This document shows positions 1 to 13,642 of a stretch of 64,000 nt of DNA, one piece after another. The notes beneath the pieces were generated by a model, which was not told the origin of the DNA, searched no databases, and saw nothing but the letters and a program-made list of their open reading frames with translations. The position numbers and the translations under genes were made by a program. Every line of letters begins with the position of its first letter. Position 1 is the stretch's first letter. This DNA is from Elephas maximus (taxonomy: Eukaryota), in the NCBI RefSeq assembly GCF_024166365.1, contig NC_064830.1, forward strand, positions 89,268,968-89,332,967, written 5' to 3'.

Positions 1-1400
1 ATAGTCCAGCTTTTTGAATTATTTGCTCAGCATGTAAATTGAATAAGTATGGTGAAAACATGCAACCCTAATGCACACCTTTCTTGATTTTAAACCATAC
101 AGTATCTCCTTGCTCTGTTCAAATAACTACTTCTTGGTCTATGTACAGGTTCCGCATGAACACAATTAAGTGTTCTGGAATTCCCATTCTCTGCAATGTT
201 ATCCATAATTTATTATCAGCCACACAGTCAAATGCCTTTCATAGTCAATAAAACACAGGTAAACATCTTTCTGGTATTCTCTGCTTTCAGGCAAGATCCA
301 CCTGATATCAGCAATGATATCCCTCGTTCACAGTCCTCTTCTGATTCCGGCTTGAAATTCTGGCAATTACTTGTCAGTGTCCTTCTGCAACCACTTTTGT
401 GTGATCTTCAGCAAAAAATTTACTTGCGTGTGATACTAATGATATTGTTCCGTAATTTCTGCATTCTGTTGGATCACCTTTCTTTGGAATGGGCACAAAT
501 ATGGATCTCTTCCAGTTGCATGGCCAGGTAGCTGTCTTCCAAATTTCTTGGTATGGACAAGCGAACACTTTCAGTGCGGCATCTGTTTGTTGAAACGTCT
601 CAATTGGTATTCCATCAGTTCCTGGAGATTTGTTTTCCACCAATGCTTTCAGTTTACCTTGGACTTCTTCCTTCAAGACCATTGGTTCTTGATTGTGTGC
701 TACTTCCTGAAATGGTTGAACATCAACCACTTCTTTTTGATACAATGACTCTGTGTGTTCCTTCCATCTGCTTTTGATGCTTCCTGCATCATTTGGTATT
801 TTCCCAGTAGAATCCTTCAATATTGCAACTCGAGGCTTGAATTTTTTCCTCAGGTCTTTCAGCTTGAAAAATGCTGAGCATGTTCTTCTTCGGGTTTTCT
901 AACTCCAGGTCTTCGTACATTTCATTATAATATTTTACTTCGTCTCCTTGAGCTGCCCTTTGAAATCTGCTGTTCAGCTTTTTACTTCAACATTTCTTCC
1001 CTTCACTTTAGCTACTCTATGTTTAAGAGCAAGTTTCAGAGTTTCTTCTGACATCCATTTTGGTCTCTTCTTTCTTTCCTGTCGTAATGACCTTTTGCTT
1101 TCTTCATGTATGAAGTCCTTGATGTCTTCCCACAACTCGTCTGATCTTCAGTCGTTAGTGTTCAGTGCATCAAATCTATTCTTGAGATGGCCTACAAATT
1201 CAGGTGAGACATACTCAAGGTCATATTTTGGCTCTCGGGGACTCGTTTTAATTTTCTTCAGCTTCAACTTGAACTTGCGTATTAGCAATTGATGGTCTGT
1301 TCCACATTCGGCTCCTGACCTTGTTCTGACTGATGATATGGGGCTTTTCCATTGTCTCTTTCCACAAATGCAGTCAATTTGATTCCTGTGAGAGTCAACC
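1..1400 (-). mobile_element. RTE/BovB-type LINE fragment (RTE1-like), 5' portion of the ORF
   Basis: ORF 374..820(-) ...LKEEVQGKLKALVENKSPGTDGIPIETFQQ... parallels the RTE ORFs at 45621..45866(-) and 58550..58918(+). Confidence 0.75.
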
Positions 1401-1624
1401 TTAATGACATGGATAGAGTCAAGCTTTCGGGACCTTCATTTGGGCATGATTCAAAATGAGTAGAAACAGCTGCAAATATCCATTAATTATCAGAATGTGG
1501 AACGTACAAAGTATAAATCTAGGAGAATTGGAAGTTGTCAAAAATGAAATGGTACTGAAGGAAGAGGTCCAGGCTGCACTGAAGCTAAACAAGTCTCCAG
1601 GAATTGATTGAATGCCAATTGAGT
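1400..1624 (+). mobile_element. RTE 5'-region fragment
   Basis: Sequence gaccttcatttg...gaaacagctgcaaatatccattaat is near-identical to 56570-56700 at the start of the long RTE copy. Confidence 0.6.
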
Positions 1625-3062
1625 TTTTTTTTTTAATATAATTTTTGTTGTGCTTTAAGTGAAAGTTTACAAATCAAGTCAGTCTCACACAAAAACCCAT
1701 ATACATGTTGCTACACACTCCCAATTACTCTCCCCCTAATGAGACAGCATGCTCACTCCCCCCACTCTCTTTTCGTGTCCATTTCACCAGCTTCTAACCC
1801 CCTCCACCGTCTCATCTCCCCTCCAGGCAGGAGATGCCAACATAGTCTCAAGTGTCCACCTGATCCAAGAAGCTCACTCCTCACCAGCATCCCTCTCCAA
1901 CCCATCGTCCAGTCCAATCCATGTCTGAAGAGTTGGCTTCGGGAATGGTTCCTGTTCTGGGCTAACAAAAGGTCTGGGGGCTGTGACCACCGGGGTCCTT
2001 CTAGTCTCAGTCAGACCACTAAGTCTGGTCTTATGAGAATTTGGGGCCTGCATCCCACTGCTCTCCTGCTCCCTCAGGGGTTCTCTGTTGTGTTCCCTGT
2101 CAGGGCAGTCATTGGTTGCAGCCAGGCACCATCTAGTTCTTCTGGTCTCAAGCTGATGTAGTCCCTGGTTCACGTGGCCGTTTCTGTCTCTTGGGCTCAT
2201 AATCGCCTTGTGTCCTTGATGTTCTTCATTCTCCTTTGATCCAGGTGGGTTGAGAATGATGGCTGCTTGCTAGCGTTTAAGACCCCAGACGCCACTCTTC
2301 AAAGTGGGACGCAGAATGTTTTCTTAATAGATTTTATTATGCCAATTGACTTAGATGTCCCCTGAAACCATGGTCCCCAGACCCCTGCCCCTGCTACACG
2401 GCCTTCGAAGCTTTTGGTTGTATTCAGGAAACTTCTTTGCTTTTGGTTTAGTCCAGTTGTGCTGACCTCCCCTGTATTGTGTGCTGTCTTTCCCTTCACC
2501 TAAAGTAGTTGTTATCAACTATCTAATTAGTGAATGCCCCTCTCCCACCCTCTCTCCCCCCCCACTCTCGTAACCACAAAAGATGTTTTCTTCTCAGTTT
2601 AAACTATTTCTCAAGTTCTTATAAGAGTGGTCTTATACAATATTTGTCCTTTTGCAACTGCCTAATTTCACTCAGCGTAATGCCTTCCAGGTTCCTCCAT
2701 GTTATGAAATGTTTCACAGATTCCTCACTGTTCTTTATCGATGCGTAATATTCCATTGTGTGAATATACCATAATTTATCCATTCATCCATTGATGGGCA
2801 CCTTGGTTGCTTCCATCTTTTTGCTATTGTAAACAGTGCTGCAATAAACATGGGTGTGCATATATCTGTTCGTGTAAAGGCTCTTATTTCTCTAGGATAT
2901 ATTCCGAGGAGTGGGATTTCTGGGTTGTATGGTAGTTCTATTTCTAACTTTTTAAGGAAACGCCAGATAGATTTCCAAAGTGGTTGTACCATTTTACATT
3001 CCCACCAGCGGTGTATAAGAGTTCCAATCTCTCCACAGCCTCTCCGACATTTATTTATTTAT
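1625..3062 (-). mobile_element. L1 LINE 3' end: poly(A) tail, ~1.1 kb 3'UTR and ORF2 C-terminus (2735-2992). 5'-truncated.
   Basis: ORF 2735..2992(-) is almost identical to the ORF2 C-terminus at 4188-4450. The 3'UTR is repeated at 3090-4190, 43370-44150 and 57645-58150. Confidence 0.85.
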
Positions 3063-6000
3063 TTATTAATAATTTTTATTGAGCTTTAAGTGAACGTTTA
3101 CAAATCAAGTCAGTCTTCTGTCACATATAAGCTTATATACACCTCACTCCACACTCCCACTTACTCTCCCCCTAATGAGTCAGTCCTTCCAGTCTCTCCT
3201 TTCGTGACCATTTTGCCAGTTTCTAACCCTCTCTACCCTCCCATCTCCCCTCCAGACAGGAGATGCCAACACAGTCTCAAGTGTCCACCTGATACAAGTA
3301 GCTCACTCTTTATCAGCATCTCTCTCCTACCCATTGTCCAGTCCCTTCCATGTCTGATGAGTTGTCTTCGGGAATGGTTCCCGTCCTGGGCCAACAAAAG
3401 GTTTGGGAACCATGACTGCCGGGATTCTTCTAGTCTCAGTCAGACCATTAAGTCTGGTCTTTTTATGAGAATTTGGGATCTGCATCCCACTGATCTCCTG
3501 CTCCCTCAGGGGTTCTCCGTTGTGCTCCCTGTTAGGGCAGTCATCGGTTGTGGCCGGGCACCATCTAGTTCTTCTGGTCTCAGGATGATGTAAGTCTCTG
3601 GTTCCTGTGGCCCTTTCTGTCTCTTGGGCTCATAGTTATCATGTGACCTTGGTGTTCTTCATTCTCCTTTGATCCAGGTGGGTTGAGACCAATTGCTGCA
3701 TCTTAGATGGCCGCTTGTTAGCATTTAAGACCCCAGACACCACATTTCAAAGTGGGATGCAGAATGTTTTCATAATAGAATTATTTTGCCAATTGACTTA
3801 GAAGTCCCCTTAAGCCATAGTCCCCAAACCCCCGCCCTTGTTCCGCTGACCTTTGAAGCATTCATTTTATCCCGGAAACTTCTTTGCTTTTGGTCCAGTC
3901 CAGTTGAGCTGACCTTCCGTGTATTATTGTCCTTCCCTTCACCTAAAGTAGTTCTTATCTACTAACTAATCAGTAAATAACCCTGTCCCACCCTCCCTCC
4001 CTCCCCCCCTCATAACCACAAAAGTATGTGTTCTTCTCAGTTTATACTATTTCTCAAGATCTTATAATAGTGGTCTTATACAATATTTGTCCTTTTGCCT
4101 CTGACTAATTTCGCTCAGCATAATGCCTTCCAGGTTCCTCCATGTTATGAAATGTTTCACAGATTCATCACTTTTCTTTATCGATGCTTAGTATTCCATT
4201 CTGTGAATATACCACAATTTATTTAACCATTCATCCGTTGATGGACACCTTGGTTGCTTCCAGCTTTTTGCTGTTGTAAACAGGGCTGCAATAAACATGG
4301 GTGTGCATATATCTGTTCGTGTGAAGGCTCTTATTTCTCTAGGGTATATTCTGAGGAGTGGGATTTCTGGGTTGTATGGTAGTTCTATTTCTAACTTTTT
4401 AAGGAAACGCCAGATAGATTTCCAAAGTGGTTGTACCATTTTACATTCCCACCGGCAGTGTATAAGAGTTCCAATCTCTCCGCAGCCTCTCCAACATTTA
4501 TTATTTTGTGTTTTTTTTTTTATTAATGCCAGCCTTGTTGGAGTGAGATGGAATCTCATCGTAGTTTTAATTTGCATTTCTCTAATGGCTAATGATCGAG
4601 AGCATTTTCTCATGTATCTGTCAGCTGCCTGAATATCTTCTTTAGTGAAGGGCGTGTTCATATCCTTCGCCCAATTTTTAATTGGGTTGTTTGTCTTTTT
4701 GTGGTTGAGTTTTAACAGAATCATATTGATTTTAGAGATCAGGCACTGGTCAGAGATGTCATAGCTGAAAATTTTTTCCCAGTCTGTAGGTGGTCTTTTT
4801 ATTCTTTTGGTGAAGTCTTTAGATGAACATAGGTGTTTGATTTTTAGGAGCTCCCAGTTATCTGGTTTCTTTTCATCATTTTTGGTAACGCTTTGTATTC
4901 TGTTTATGCCTTGTATTAGGGCTCCTAACGTTGTCCCTATTTTTTCTTCCATGATCTTTATCGTTTTAGTCTTTATGTTTAGGTCTTTGATCCACTTGGA
5001 GTTAGTTTTTGTGCATGGTGTGAGGTATGGGTCCTGTTTCGTTTTTTTGCCAATGGATATCCAGTTATGCCAGCACCATTTGTTAAAAAGACTGTCTTTT
5101 CCCCAATTAACTGACACCGGGCCTTTGTCAAATATCAGCTGCGCATAGGTGGATGGATTTATATCTGGGTTCTCAATTCTGTTCCATTGGTCTACGTGCC
5201 TGTTGTTGTACCAGTACCAGGCTGTTTTGACTACTGTGGCTGTGTAAGATGTTCTAAAATCAGGTAGAGTGAGGCCTCCCACTTTGTTCTTCTTTTTCAG
5301 TAATGCTTTACTTATCTGAGGCTTCTTTCGCTTCCATATGAAGTTTGTGATTTGTTTCTCCATCACATTAAAAAATGTCGTTGGAATTTGGATTGGAAGT
5401 GCATTGTATATAGAGATGGCTTTTGGTAGAACAGACATTTTTACTATGTTAAGTCTTCCTATCCATGAGCAAGGTATGTTTTTCCACTTACGTAGGTCCG
5501 TTTTAGTTTCTTGCAGTAGTACTTTGTAGTTTTCTTTGTATAGGTCTTTTACATCTTTGGTAAGATTTATTCCTAAGTATTTTATCTTCTTGGGGTCTAC
5601 TGTGAATGGTATTGGTTTGGTGATTTCCTCTTTGATGTCCTTTTTGTTGATGTAGAGGAATCCAAGTGATTTTTGTATGTTTATCTTGTAACCTGAAACT
5701 CTGCCGAACTGTTCTATTAGTTTCAGTAGTTTTCTGGAGGATTCCTTAGGGTTTTCCGTGTATAAAATCATGTTATCTGCAAATAGAGATAATTTTACTT
5801 CTTCCTTGCCAATCCAGATGCCCTTTATTTCTTTGTCTAGCCTAATTGCTCTGGCTAGGACCTCTAGCACAATGTTGAATAAGAGCTGTGATAAAGGGCA
5901 TCCTTGTCTGGTTCCCGTTCTCAAGGGAATTACTTTCAGGCTTTCTCCATTTAGGGTGATGTTGGCTGTTGGCTTGGTATAGATGCCCTTTATTATGTTG

Positions 6001-6300
6001 AGGAATTTTCCTTCAATTCCTATTTTGCTGAGAGTTTTTATTATGAATGGGTGTTGGACTTTGTCAAATGCCTTTTCTGCATCAATTGATAAGATCATGT
6101 GTTTTTTGTCTTTTGTTTTATTTATATGGTGGATTACATTAATGGTTTTTCTAATATTGAACCAACCTTGCATTCCTGGTATAAATCCCACTTGGTTTTT
6201 GGTTGTGGTGGATTATTTTTTTGATATGTTGTTGAATTCTATTGGCTAGAATTTTGTTGAGGATTGGAACAAAGCATTTTAAATTTCTTTTATTTGCTGT
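3063..6300 (-). mobile_element. L1 LINE, 5'-truncated: 3'UTR plus ORF2 RT and C-terminal region (667-aa ORF 4188..6191)
   Basis: ORF2 contains the reverse-transcriptase motifs FADNMILY and [16 protein letters not shown]. Its poly(A) abuts the preceding L1 copy. Confidence 0.9.
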
Positions 6301-6408
6301 CCATTTTATAAGAATTTCTGTAGATGCCAGTGTTGAGTGTTTTCTGTCAGTAGGAGAGTCTACAGCATGAGGAACTATTACATTCCGTAAAGACCCTAGA
6401 CCTAAAAC

Positions 6409-6552
6409 AGGAGTCCTGGTGTTGCGGTAGTTAAGAGCTCAGCTGATAATCAAAAGGTTGGCAGTCTGAATCCACCAGCCACTCCTTGGAAACCCTATAG
6501 GGCAGTTCTGCTCTGTCCTATGAGTTGGAATTGACCTGATGGCAACGGGCTT
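6409..6552 (+). mobile_element. AfroSINE (tRNA-derived SINE)
   Basis: ggtagttaagagctcagctgataatcaaaaggttggcagtctgaatccaccagcc...ctatagggcagttctgctctgtcctatgagttggaattgac. Confidence 0.85.
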
Positions 6553-7576
6553 AGACCTAAAGCAAGGGAAGTTTTCACATGTATTGCTATTATTGCTACA
6601 GCTGTTAGACAAGGTGGATATGCATTGACTACTGGATCTAATGAAAGGGAGAAACGAGCAGCAGGCATCTGATGATCCCCATGAAATTGAATCAATACCC
6701 CTGGTGCTTATTCAGACTTTTAAGGAAAAAAAGGGAAAAGGGCTTGTGAATATCAGAGCCTAAATCCTGCAAACAGATCTTTTTGTAGATAGTTATAATA
6801 CCAGTCTTCATGCTTAAACACAAATATTTTGTTGTTTTTCTTGAAAAGTATACTCTCTTTGATAAATATTCATATTAATATATTTTACTAATGTGTAAAT
6901 AATCTAGGAAGATAAACACGTTTCAATTTATTAGTTTTTAAAAAATTATTAGTCAACAGCTGCCTCACCAGTTTTGAATTAATTAAAATTTGGAGAATTC
7001 CAGACAAAGCTAATCACTGCTATTGTCCCTCTTTTTACAGAGCGAAGGAGAAGATCTTTGTGTTACCTAATGACCATTTTAGGAAACTCAAAATGTCTTA
7101 ATAATTTTATTAGTCTAAATCTTGACCTGAATATAGGAAAGGCAAAATCAAGAATAGTTGTAGAGTAGACAAGATATAAGTAATAAATATCTAAAGAAAA
7201 TAAATATTTACAGGGAATATTGTAAAAACACACTGCCATAACAATGGTGGTTATTAGGATCTTAACTTTTTCCTAAAGTGAGATTTTTCAAAAATGATCA
7301 AAGAGTGTGCCAAAAAACATCAACAGTTATAAAATATTTTGGTGACAAAAAGGAACCTTTATTAATCTGGGCACAAATTAACTTAGTCATTTTAAAAAAA
7401 GAGAAAACAAAGGACCTAAATTCTAATTTTACTTGTTTTATACATTACTCATGTAACAATTTTCAGTAAAGAATTTAATAACATACCTTTGTACATATGC
7501 ATACACAGATGTATAGCTATACACATAAGCAATAAATTTAAACCTTTAAAATATAACTACTTTATCCATACATTAA

Positions 7577-7770
7577 GGAGCCCTGGTGGTGCAGTGGTTA
7601 AACACTCAGCTGCTAACTGAAAGGTTGGTGGTTCAAACCCACTAGCTACTCCACAGTAAAAAGACGTGGTAGTCTGCTTCTGTAAAGATTACAGCCTTGG
7701 AAACCTTATAAGGCAGTTCGACTCTGTCCTACAGGGTTGCTGTGAGTCCGAATCAACTAGATGACAAGGG
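7577..7770 (+). mobile_element. AfroSINE
   Basis: ggagccctggtggtgcagtggttaaacactcagctgctaac...gggttgctgtgagtccgaatcaactagatgac. Confidence 0.85.
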
Positions 7771-9241
7771 GTTTATTTTGGGTTATCCATATATTAAATA
7801 AAACAATGTATATATATCATATTAACTTTACCATCATGATAAATTATGTAGCATATAGATTAAAATATGTAATAGAAAATCATAACCATTATTTTGTATA
7901 TTTTGCATATTTCTGCACTTATACCTAGTATGGTCATTTATATGATCATCTTTAACCAAAGTAACCAACTTTTCTTTTTTCCAGACACAAGATAAAACCA
8001 GAAAACAGAACACCAAGAATTATTTAGATTTTTTTCTATGAGAATTCAATTCATGCCATTTTAACAAATTTATGGGGGCAAAAAAAGAAAAACATAGTTA
8101 TAGTATCATCCAAAGGCATTTCCCTATTTTGCTAATCTATTGCCATTCTAAGAAATAAGGGTAAAAATTATGTTTAGTGACCAATGTTTTATATTTGTTT
8201 CTCATGTAGAAATTGCCCAGACTTCAAGAGATTATTTATTAATTAACTTAATTATTGGTCTGTGGCCTTCAAATGAGTTAAGGATCTGAAAATTACAATT
8301 TTAGCCAACACATTACAGGTTTCCTCTGCTTTTTGTAAGCTCGCTTTAAGCCACTTCGCTTTTAGGAAACATCTACATTAGTACCTGTTTTTGCTAACTG
8401 AAAGAAATCTGAAAAGGATTTCTACTTTTATGAAAATGGCGAAAAGTGGAAATAGCATTCAGCGTTTGTTTCACAGCCCACCATTAAGGAGGCAGCTGGC
8501 ACCCCGAGAATGGCATTGCCAAGCTCCTCCCCTGGGGACTACTCTCAGGGTTCCTGCTTTTACTATATGCTAGTGTTATTATTATTTTTTTTTTAGTGTT
8601 ATTTTAGGTTTTATGTGCTATTTGGTATGATTTAAGAGGTTGTTTTTTGAGTCTGGGAATGCTCAAAAATTTTTCCCATATAAATCAATGGTAATTACTT
8701 CTTCACGTTACACCATTTTGGCTTATTGTAAAAATTTTACAAAATTAAAACTTTTAAGGAGATATCCCAATAAAAGGCATCCATTATTACCATTCCTTTT
8801 AGTTGAATATGCACACATATATATATAATTTTAAATAAGATTTGAAAACTATAATTAACTGATAAGAAAAAAGTGTAATATTATCAAAATATTGAGAGAG
8901 TTTAAATCATGAGAAAATTAACTTTGATCTTGTACAAAACAATTGTGTTGGCATTACTTTTATATGGCAAATTAAATTTTAAAGACACTGGATCGTGCCA
9001 CAAGCTCTTTTTTATCTTGGAACTAAAGCCTTTTCTTATCTTTTAACTATAATAAAGGCAATTACATAAGTATCCTTTTTCAGTGTCCACAAAGGAAACA
9101 TAAATAGTTCAATAATTTTATATATATTTTTAGACATCGTTTTGTTTTTTTATTGTGATGAAAAAAATATATGCAACAAAACATACACCAATTCAACAAT
9201 TTCTCCATGTGTAATTCAGTGACACTAATTATATTCTTCAT

Positions 9242-9397
9242 GGAGCCCTGGTGGCGCAGTGGTGAGGAACTCGGCTGCTAACCAAAAGATCAGCAGTTCA
9301 CATCCACCAGCCACTCCTTAGAAACTCTATGGGGCAATTCTACTCTGTCCTGTAGAGTCACCGTGAGTCGGAATGCACTCAACAGCAATGAGTTTGG
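9242..9397 (+). mobile_element. AfroSINE
   Basis: ggagccctggtggcgcagtggtgaggaactcggctgctaaccaaaagatcagcagttcacatccaccagcc... Confidence 0.85.
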
Positions 9398-9419
9398 TTT
9401 TTTTAAAGTATATTCTTCA

Positions 9420-11230
9420 AGTTGTGCAACCATTCTCTCTATCCCTTTCCAAAATTTTCCACCACCATTAACATAAACTCACTGCCCACTCAGCAAAAAC
9501 TTCCCTTTTCTTCCCTTTCTCCCGCCCTAGTAACCACTAATAATTTTTCATCTTTATACATTTGCTTATTTCATATGAGTGAGATCATATAGTCTTTGTC
9601 CTTTTGTGACTGACTTACTGAGCTCAGGGTGATGTTTTCCACTTTTCGTTTATCCATTCATCTGCTGATGGACATTTCAGTTGTTTCCACCTTTTGGCTA
9701 TTGTGAAAAGTGCTGCAGTGAACACTGGCGTACATGTGTCTATTTTCGTCGCTACTTTAAAGTCTCAGGTACATATCTAAGAGTGGATTAACTGGATCAT
9801 ATAGTAGTTCTATGTTCAACTTTTTGAGGAACTGCCAAACTATTTTCCACAGTGGCTCTACCAATTTAAACCAGCAATGGATGAGAGCTTTTCCACAACC
9901 TCGCCAACACTTGTTTTGATCGTTGCCATTCTAATGGGGGTGAGATGACACGTTTCATTGTGGTTTTTATTTGCATCTCCCTAAAGGTCAGCGGTCTGAA
10001 TCCACCAGCTGCTGTCTGGGAGAAAGATTGGCAGTCTGCTTCTGTTAAGATTTACAACCTTGGAAACTCTATGGGGCAGTTCTACTCTCACCTATAGGGT
10101 TGCTATGGGTTGGAATCAACTTGATGGCAATGGGTTATGTGTGTATTATTATACCAGTACCAGGCTGTACTAATTACTGTGGTTTTATAGTATGTTTTGG
10201 AGTGTGAGTCCTCCTAGTTTATTCCTCTTCTTCAAGATTCCTTTAGCTATTTGGGGTCCCTTGTCCTTCCATATAAAATTGAAGATTGGCTTTTACATTT
10301 ATCTCAAGAAAGTTGTTAGGATTTTAAAGGGGATTACATTGAATTTATAGATTGCTTTGGGTATTATTGACAAGTTAAGTATATTATGCCTCCCAATCCA
10401 TGAACATGAAATGTACTTCCATGTATTTAGGTCTTCTTTAATTTCTTTTAGTAATGTTTCTAGTTTTCTGTGTACAAATCTGTCACCTTCCTGGTTGAAC
10501 TTATTCCTAGGTATTTCATTCTTTTAAGTGATATTGTAATCGGTAATGTTTCCTTAATTTCTTTTTCTGCTTACTCATTGCTCATATATAAAAACCGGAC
10601 TGATTTTTGAGCTTGACCTTATACCCTGCCACCAGGCTGAATCCATTTCTAATAGCCTTATTGTGGATTCTTTGGGGGGGGGTGGGGGGAGGTTACCATG
10701 TATAGGATCATGTCATCATGTGAAAAGGAATAGTTTTACTTTCTCTTTTCCAATTTGGATACTTTTTTTTCCCCTAACCTAGTTGGTCTGGCTAGGACTT
10801 GCAGACCAATGTGGAGTAACAGTGGTGAGTGTGGGCATCCTTGTCTTGATCTTAATGGGAAAGTTCTCAGTCTTTCTCCATTAAGTATGATGTTAGCTGT
10901 AGGTTTTTCATGAATGCCATTTACTACATAGAGGAATTTCTCCTCTTTTCCTCTTTTGTTGAGTGTTTTTTTATCATGAGAGGGTGCTGAATTTTGTTAA
11001 ATGCCTTTTCTGCATCTGTTGAGATGATCATATGGTTCTTTTCCTTTGTTCTGTTAATTTGGTGTATTACATTGGTTGATTTTCTAATATTGAACTATCC
11101 TTGCATTCCTGAGTTAAATCCCACTTGATCACGGTGTATAATCCTTTTACTATGTTTTTTTATTTGGTTTGCTAGTATTTTGTTAAATATTTTTGTGTAT
11201 ATATTCATTAGGTATATGGGTCTGCTTTTA
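9420..11230 (-). mobile_element. Older, diverged L1 fragment (ORF2 antisense), with a partial AfroSINE inserted at ~9990-10135
   Basis: Sequence is collinear with the L1 ORF2 copy at 4200-6200 but heavily diverged. Confidence 0.7.
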
Positions 11231-12437
11231 GACAATTTTGACTGTTTAACTGAACTAGGTATTTTTAGAGTGTATACATAATAATTGAATAATTTTTTGA
11301 TTAAAGCTTTCCAAGAAAATGGACAGAAAAAAAAAGTGAAAAGGAGCTACATCAGACAAATATAAAATTATTCCTCTAAAAGACTAATTATGTTCCCATT
11401 GCAAAGAAAAGGAAGAATGTCTAAACAAATAAAAACAGGTTCTAACATATACAAACATGAAAAAAAGAGTGAGAGTGACATTAAAGCTGATTTAATAAAC
11501 AACTCGGGCCCTTGACAATTTAATCAGGACCCAGGTTTGATTACCAGCCAGTGCACCTCATCACTCAACAATCAGTGGGGGCTTGTGTGTTGCCATGATG
11601 CTGAACAGGTACAGCAGAACTTCGAGACTAAGATGGACCAGGAAGAAAGGCCTGGTGATCTACTTCTGATAATAAAAGCCAGTGAAAACCCTATGAAAGA
11701 CAACAATCCAATCTGCAAGCAATCATAGGGACGGCACAGGATGGCATTTGGCTCCATTGTGCATAGGGTTGCCATGAGTAGGGGCCAACTCCACAGCAGC
11801 TAAAACAGCCAGTTGTAGGGGAGGGTGGAAAGGAGGCACTCCTCCCTCCATGCTTCCAAGGAGCCCAGATCAGAAGTCCAGAGACCTATTCCAGTTCCTA
11901 ATGCCCCTTGGCAAGTTCCTTCTCCCCAGTCTGAGAGACCCACCTGAAGAGGGACAGGCACGCAGGCCAGGGGCACAGGCCAGGCAGGTACATGGTGTGA
12001 CCAGCAGGTGGTGCCAAAGGGAGCCCCCAAATGTTGGGGGTGGGAAGTGGGAATGGATGACTGGTAGAGAGAGGGTTAGACTTCCAAGAGGACTTCCTGG
12101 CCAGGCTGGGCAGCAGGAAGAATTGGCAGTGAGAAGAGATGTTCCTAGTGCAGGAGTCATTCAAGAGGTGCTTGCTGGCAGGCACTATCCTCTCACCCGT
12201 GGCATTATCTTCCCCACATGAGGTCCAGGGAAGTTGACTACCTATCAAAAGGACAGGTCTGGCTTGGTGGATAAGGCCTTGGGGCCATATTTCTATCACT
12301 GTGACTTCAGGTTAGTCTTCTCCCTGCCTCAGCTTCCTCTCCACTTTACAAATAGGAGTAGTCCCTTGTAACTCATCTCAAGATTTCAGGGGTACTCCCT
12401 CCCACTAAGCTCCCTTTGCTTTAAAGAAACAGAAAAA

Positions 12438-12486
12438 GGCTTAAATGCCCAGAAATGTCAGTTTTATTACTCAGTGCAGTACAGAG
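12438..12486 (-). promoter_or_regulatory. MVP: MVP 3'UTR, about 45 nt, with the AATAAA poly(A) signal at minus 12468..12463
   Basis: AATAAA lies about 20 nt downstream of the stop on the coding strand. Human MVP is also recalled to have a short 3'UTR. Confidence 0.6.
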
Positions 12487-12705
12487 TTAAGGCACAATGT
12501 GGGTACCCCCAAGAGCATGAGAGGCAGGAGGGCAGTGGAGAAGCAAGCTTTCTTGGGGGCTGGGCTCACCAGCCATCTTCTTGGCTGGGGGCTGAAACTC
12601 AGATCCTACCCCCAGTAAACCCAAGGCTGTGCTGAAAAGATTGATGGGAGTGGAGCCATCGGTGATGAGGGTCGATTTCAGGCCCAGGCTCTGGAGCAGT
12701 TTTAC
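12487..12705 (-). CDS. MVP: MVP terminal coding exon, CDS part: [75 protein letters not shown] at 12489..12487. Acceptor CCTCCAG|GTA.
   Basis: ORF 12487..12819(-). The conserved part matches human MVP, after which the tail diverges. Confidence 0.88.
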   Translation of the reverse strand, partial: VKLLQSLGLKSTLITDGSTPINLFSTALGLLGVGSEFQPPAKKMAGEPSPQESLLLHCPPASHALGGTHIVP

Positions 12706-13453
12706 CTGGAGGAAGGGAGAAGGAGGGTGAGAAGATGGGGTCACTTCCCTCATCTCCGTGACTGCCTCTCTAGGACAGGCCCACATCCACTCTTGTCTGG
12801 CACTGCAGCTGTCTGCCACCCCATCCTCAAAGGATCAGTCAGGAAAAATGAACACCACTAGGGAAGCCTGAGGGACTACCTTTCCAACAGCTCAGCACCT
12901 CACCCCTTTGCTTGCTCTGTTGCACCAGAGTCCTTCCCATTCCTTAAATGTACCAAGTTTGTCCTCTTTGTGTCTTTTCACTTCACTTGGACTCTCTGGT
13001 GAGAAACTCTTCTCAACTCCATGAAGGGCTCAAGTGCCTCTTCTCAGAGAGGCTTTATTTAAACTAATGTGAAATGACAACCCTCTACCCATCATCTCAC
13101 CACCCTGCTTGACTTCCTTTGAAGTACTTGTCATAGACTGATGCTGTCCCATCTTTTGCCATCTCTCCATGAGCTCCAGCTCAGTGCTGGGTCTAGTACA
13201 GTGCCTGGCACATAAGGGCAATGCAGTATTTTTTTTTTTTTTTTAGGGTGGCCCAGTATTTGAGCATGATGTTGGGCTCAAATGATACAGAAATCACAAT
13301 ACATGATTTGGGGCAGTTCAGTCACTGTCTGACCTCATCTCTCTGGCCCAACATCTTTTTAGATGTTGTGCTTGCCTTCTTGGCTCTGTCTTCTTAGTTC
13401 TAGTCTGGTCCCAAGACAAACACCCATCCCCCCATGCCTTCCCCAACTCTCAC

Positions 13454-13642
13454 CTGCATCTCTGGCCCAGCCACAGCAAGGTCCCTGATGGTACTGGGGC
13501 CCAAGGCCTCTGTCATCTGCTTGAACTTCTTTACCTCCAACTCACCCAGCTGTTGGGCCCTGTTCACTTCCAGCTCCAGCTGGGCACGGGCATAGACTAG
13601 TTCTAGTTCCCGCACTTTCCGTACCCGCTGGAGCTCAGCCTC
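13454..13642 (-). CDS. MVP: MVP coding exon 13: [63 protein letters not shown]. Acceptor TTCCAG|GAG, preceded by a 15-nt poly(U) tract. Donor CAG|GTGAGA.
   Basis: ORF 13400..13711(-). 189 nt, 63 codons. Confidence 0.9.

Noticed and set aside
11537-12299. ORFs just beyond the MVP 3' end (11537..11728, 11850..12221, 11898..12299), considered as a possible CDIPT terminal exon
   Set aside because: There is no similarity to CDIPT (recalled C-terminus ...LITAARNMAALDAADRAKKK) or to any other protein. 11537-11770 is an RTE 5'-region-like repeat. By analogy with human synteny, CDIPT probably lies beyond position 1.
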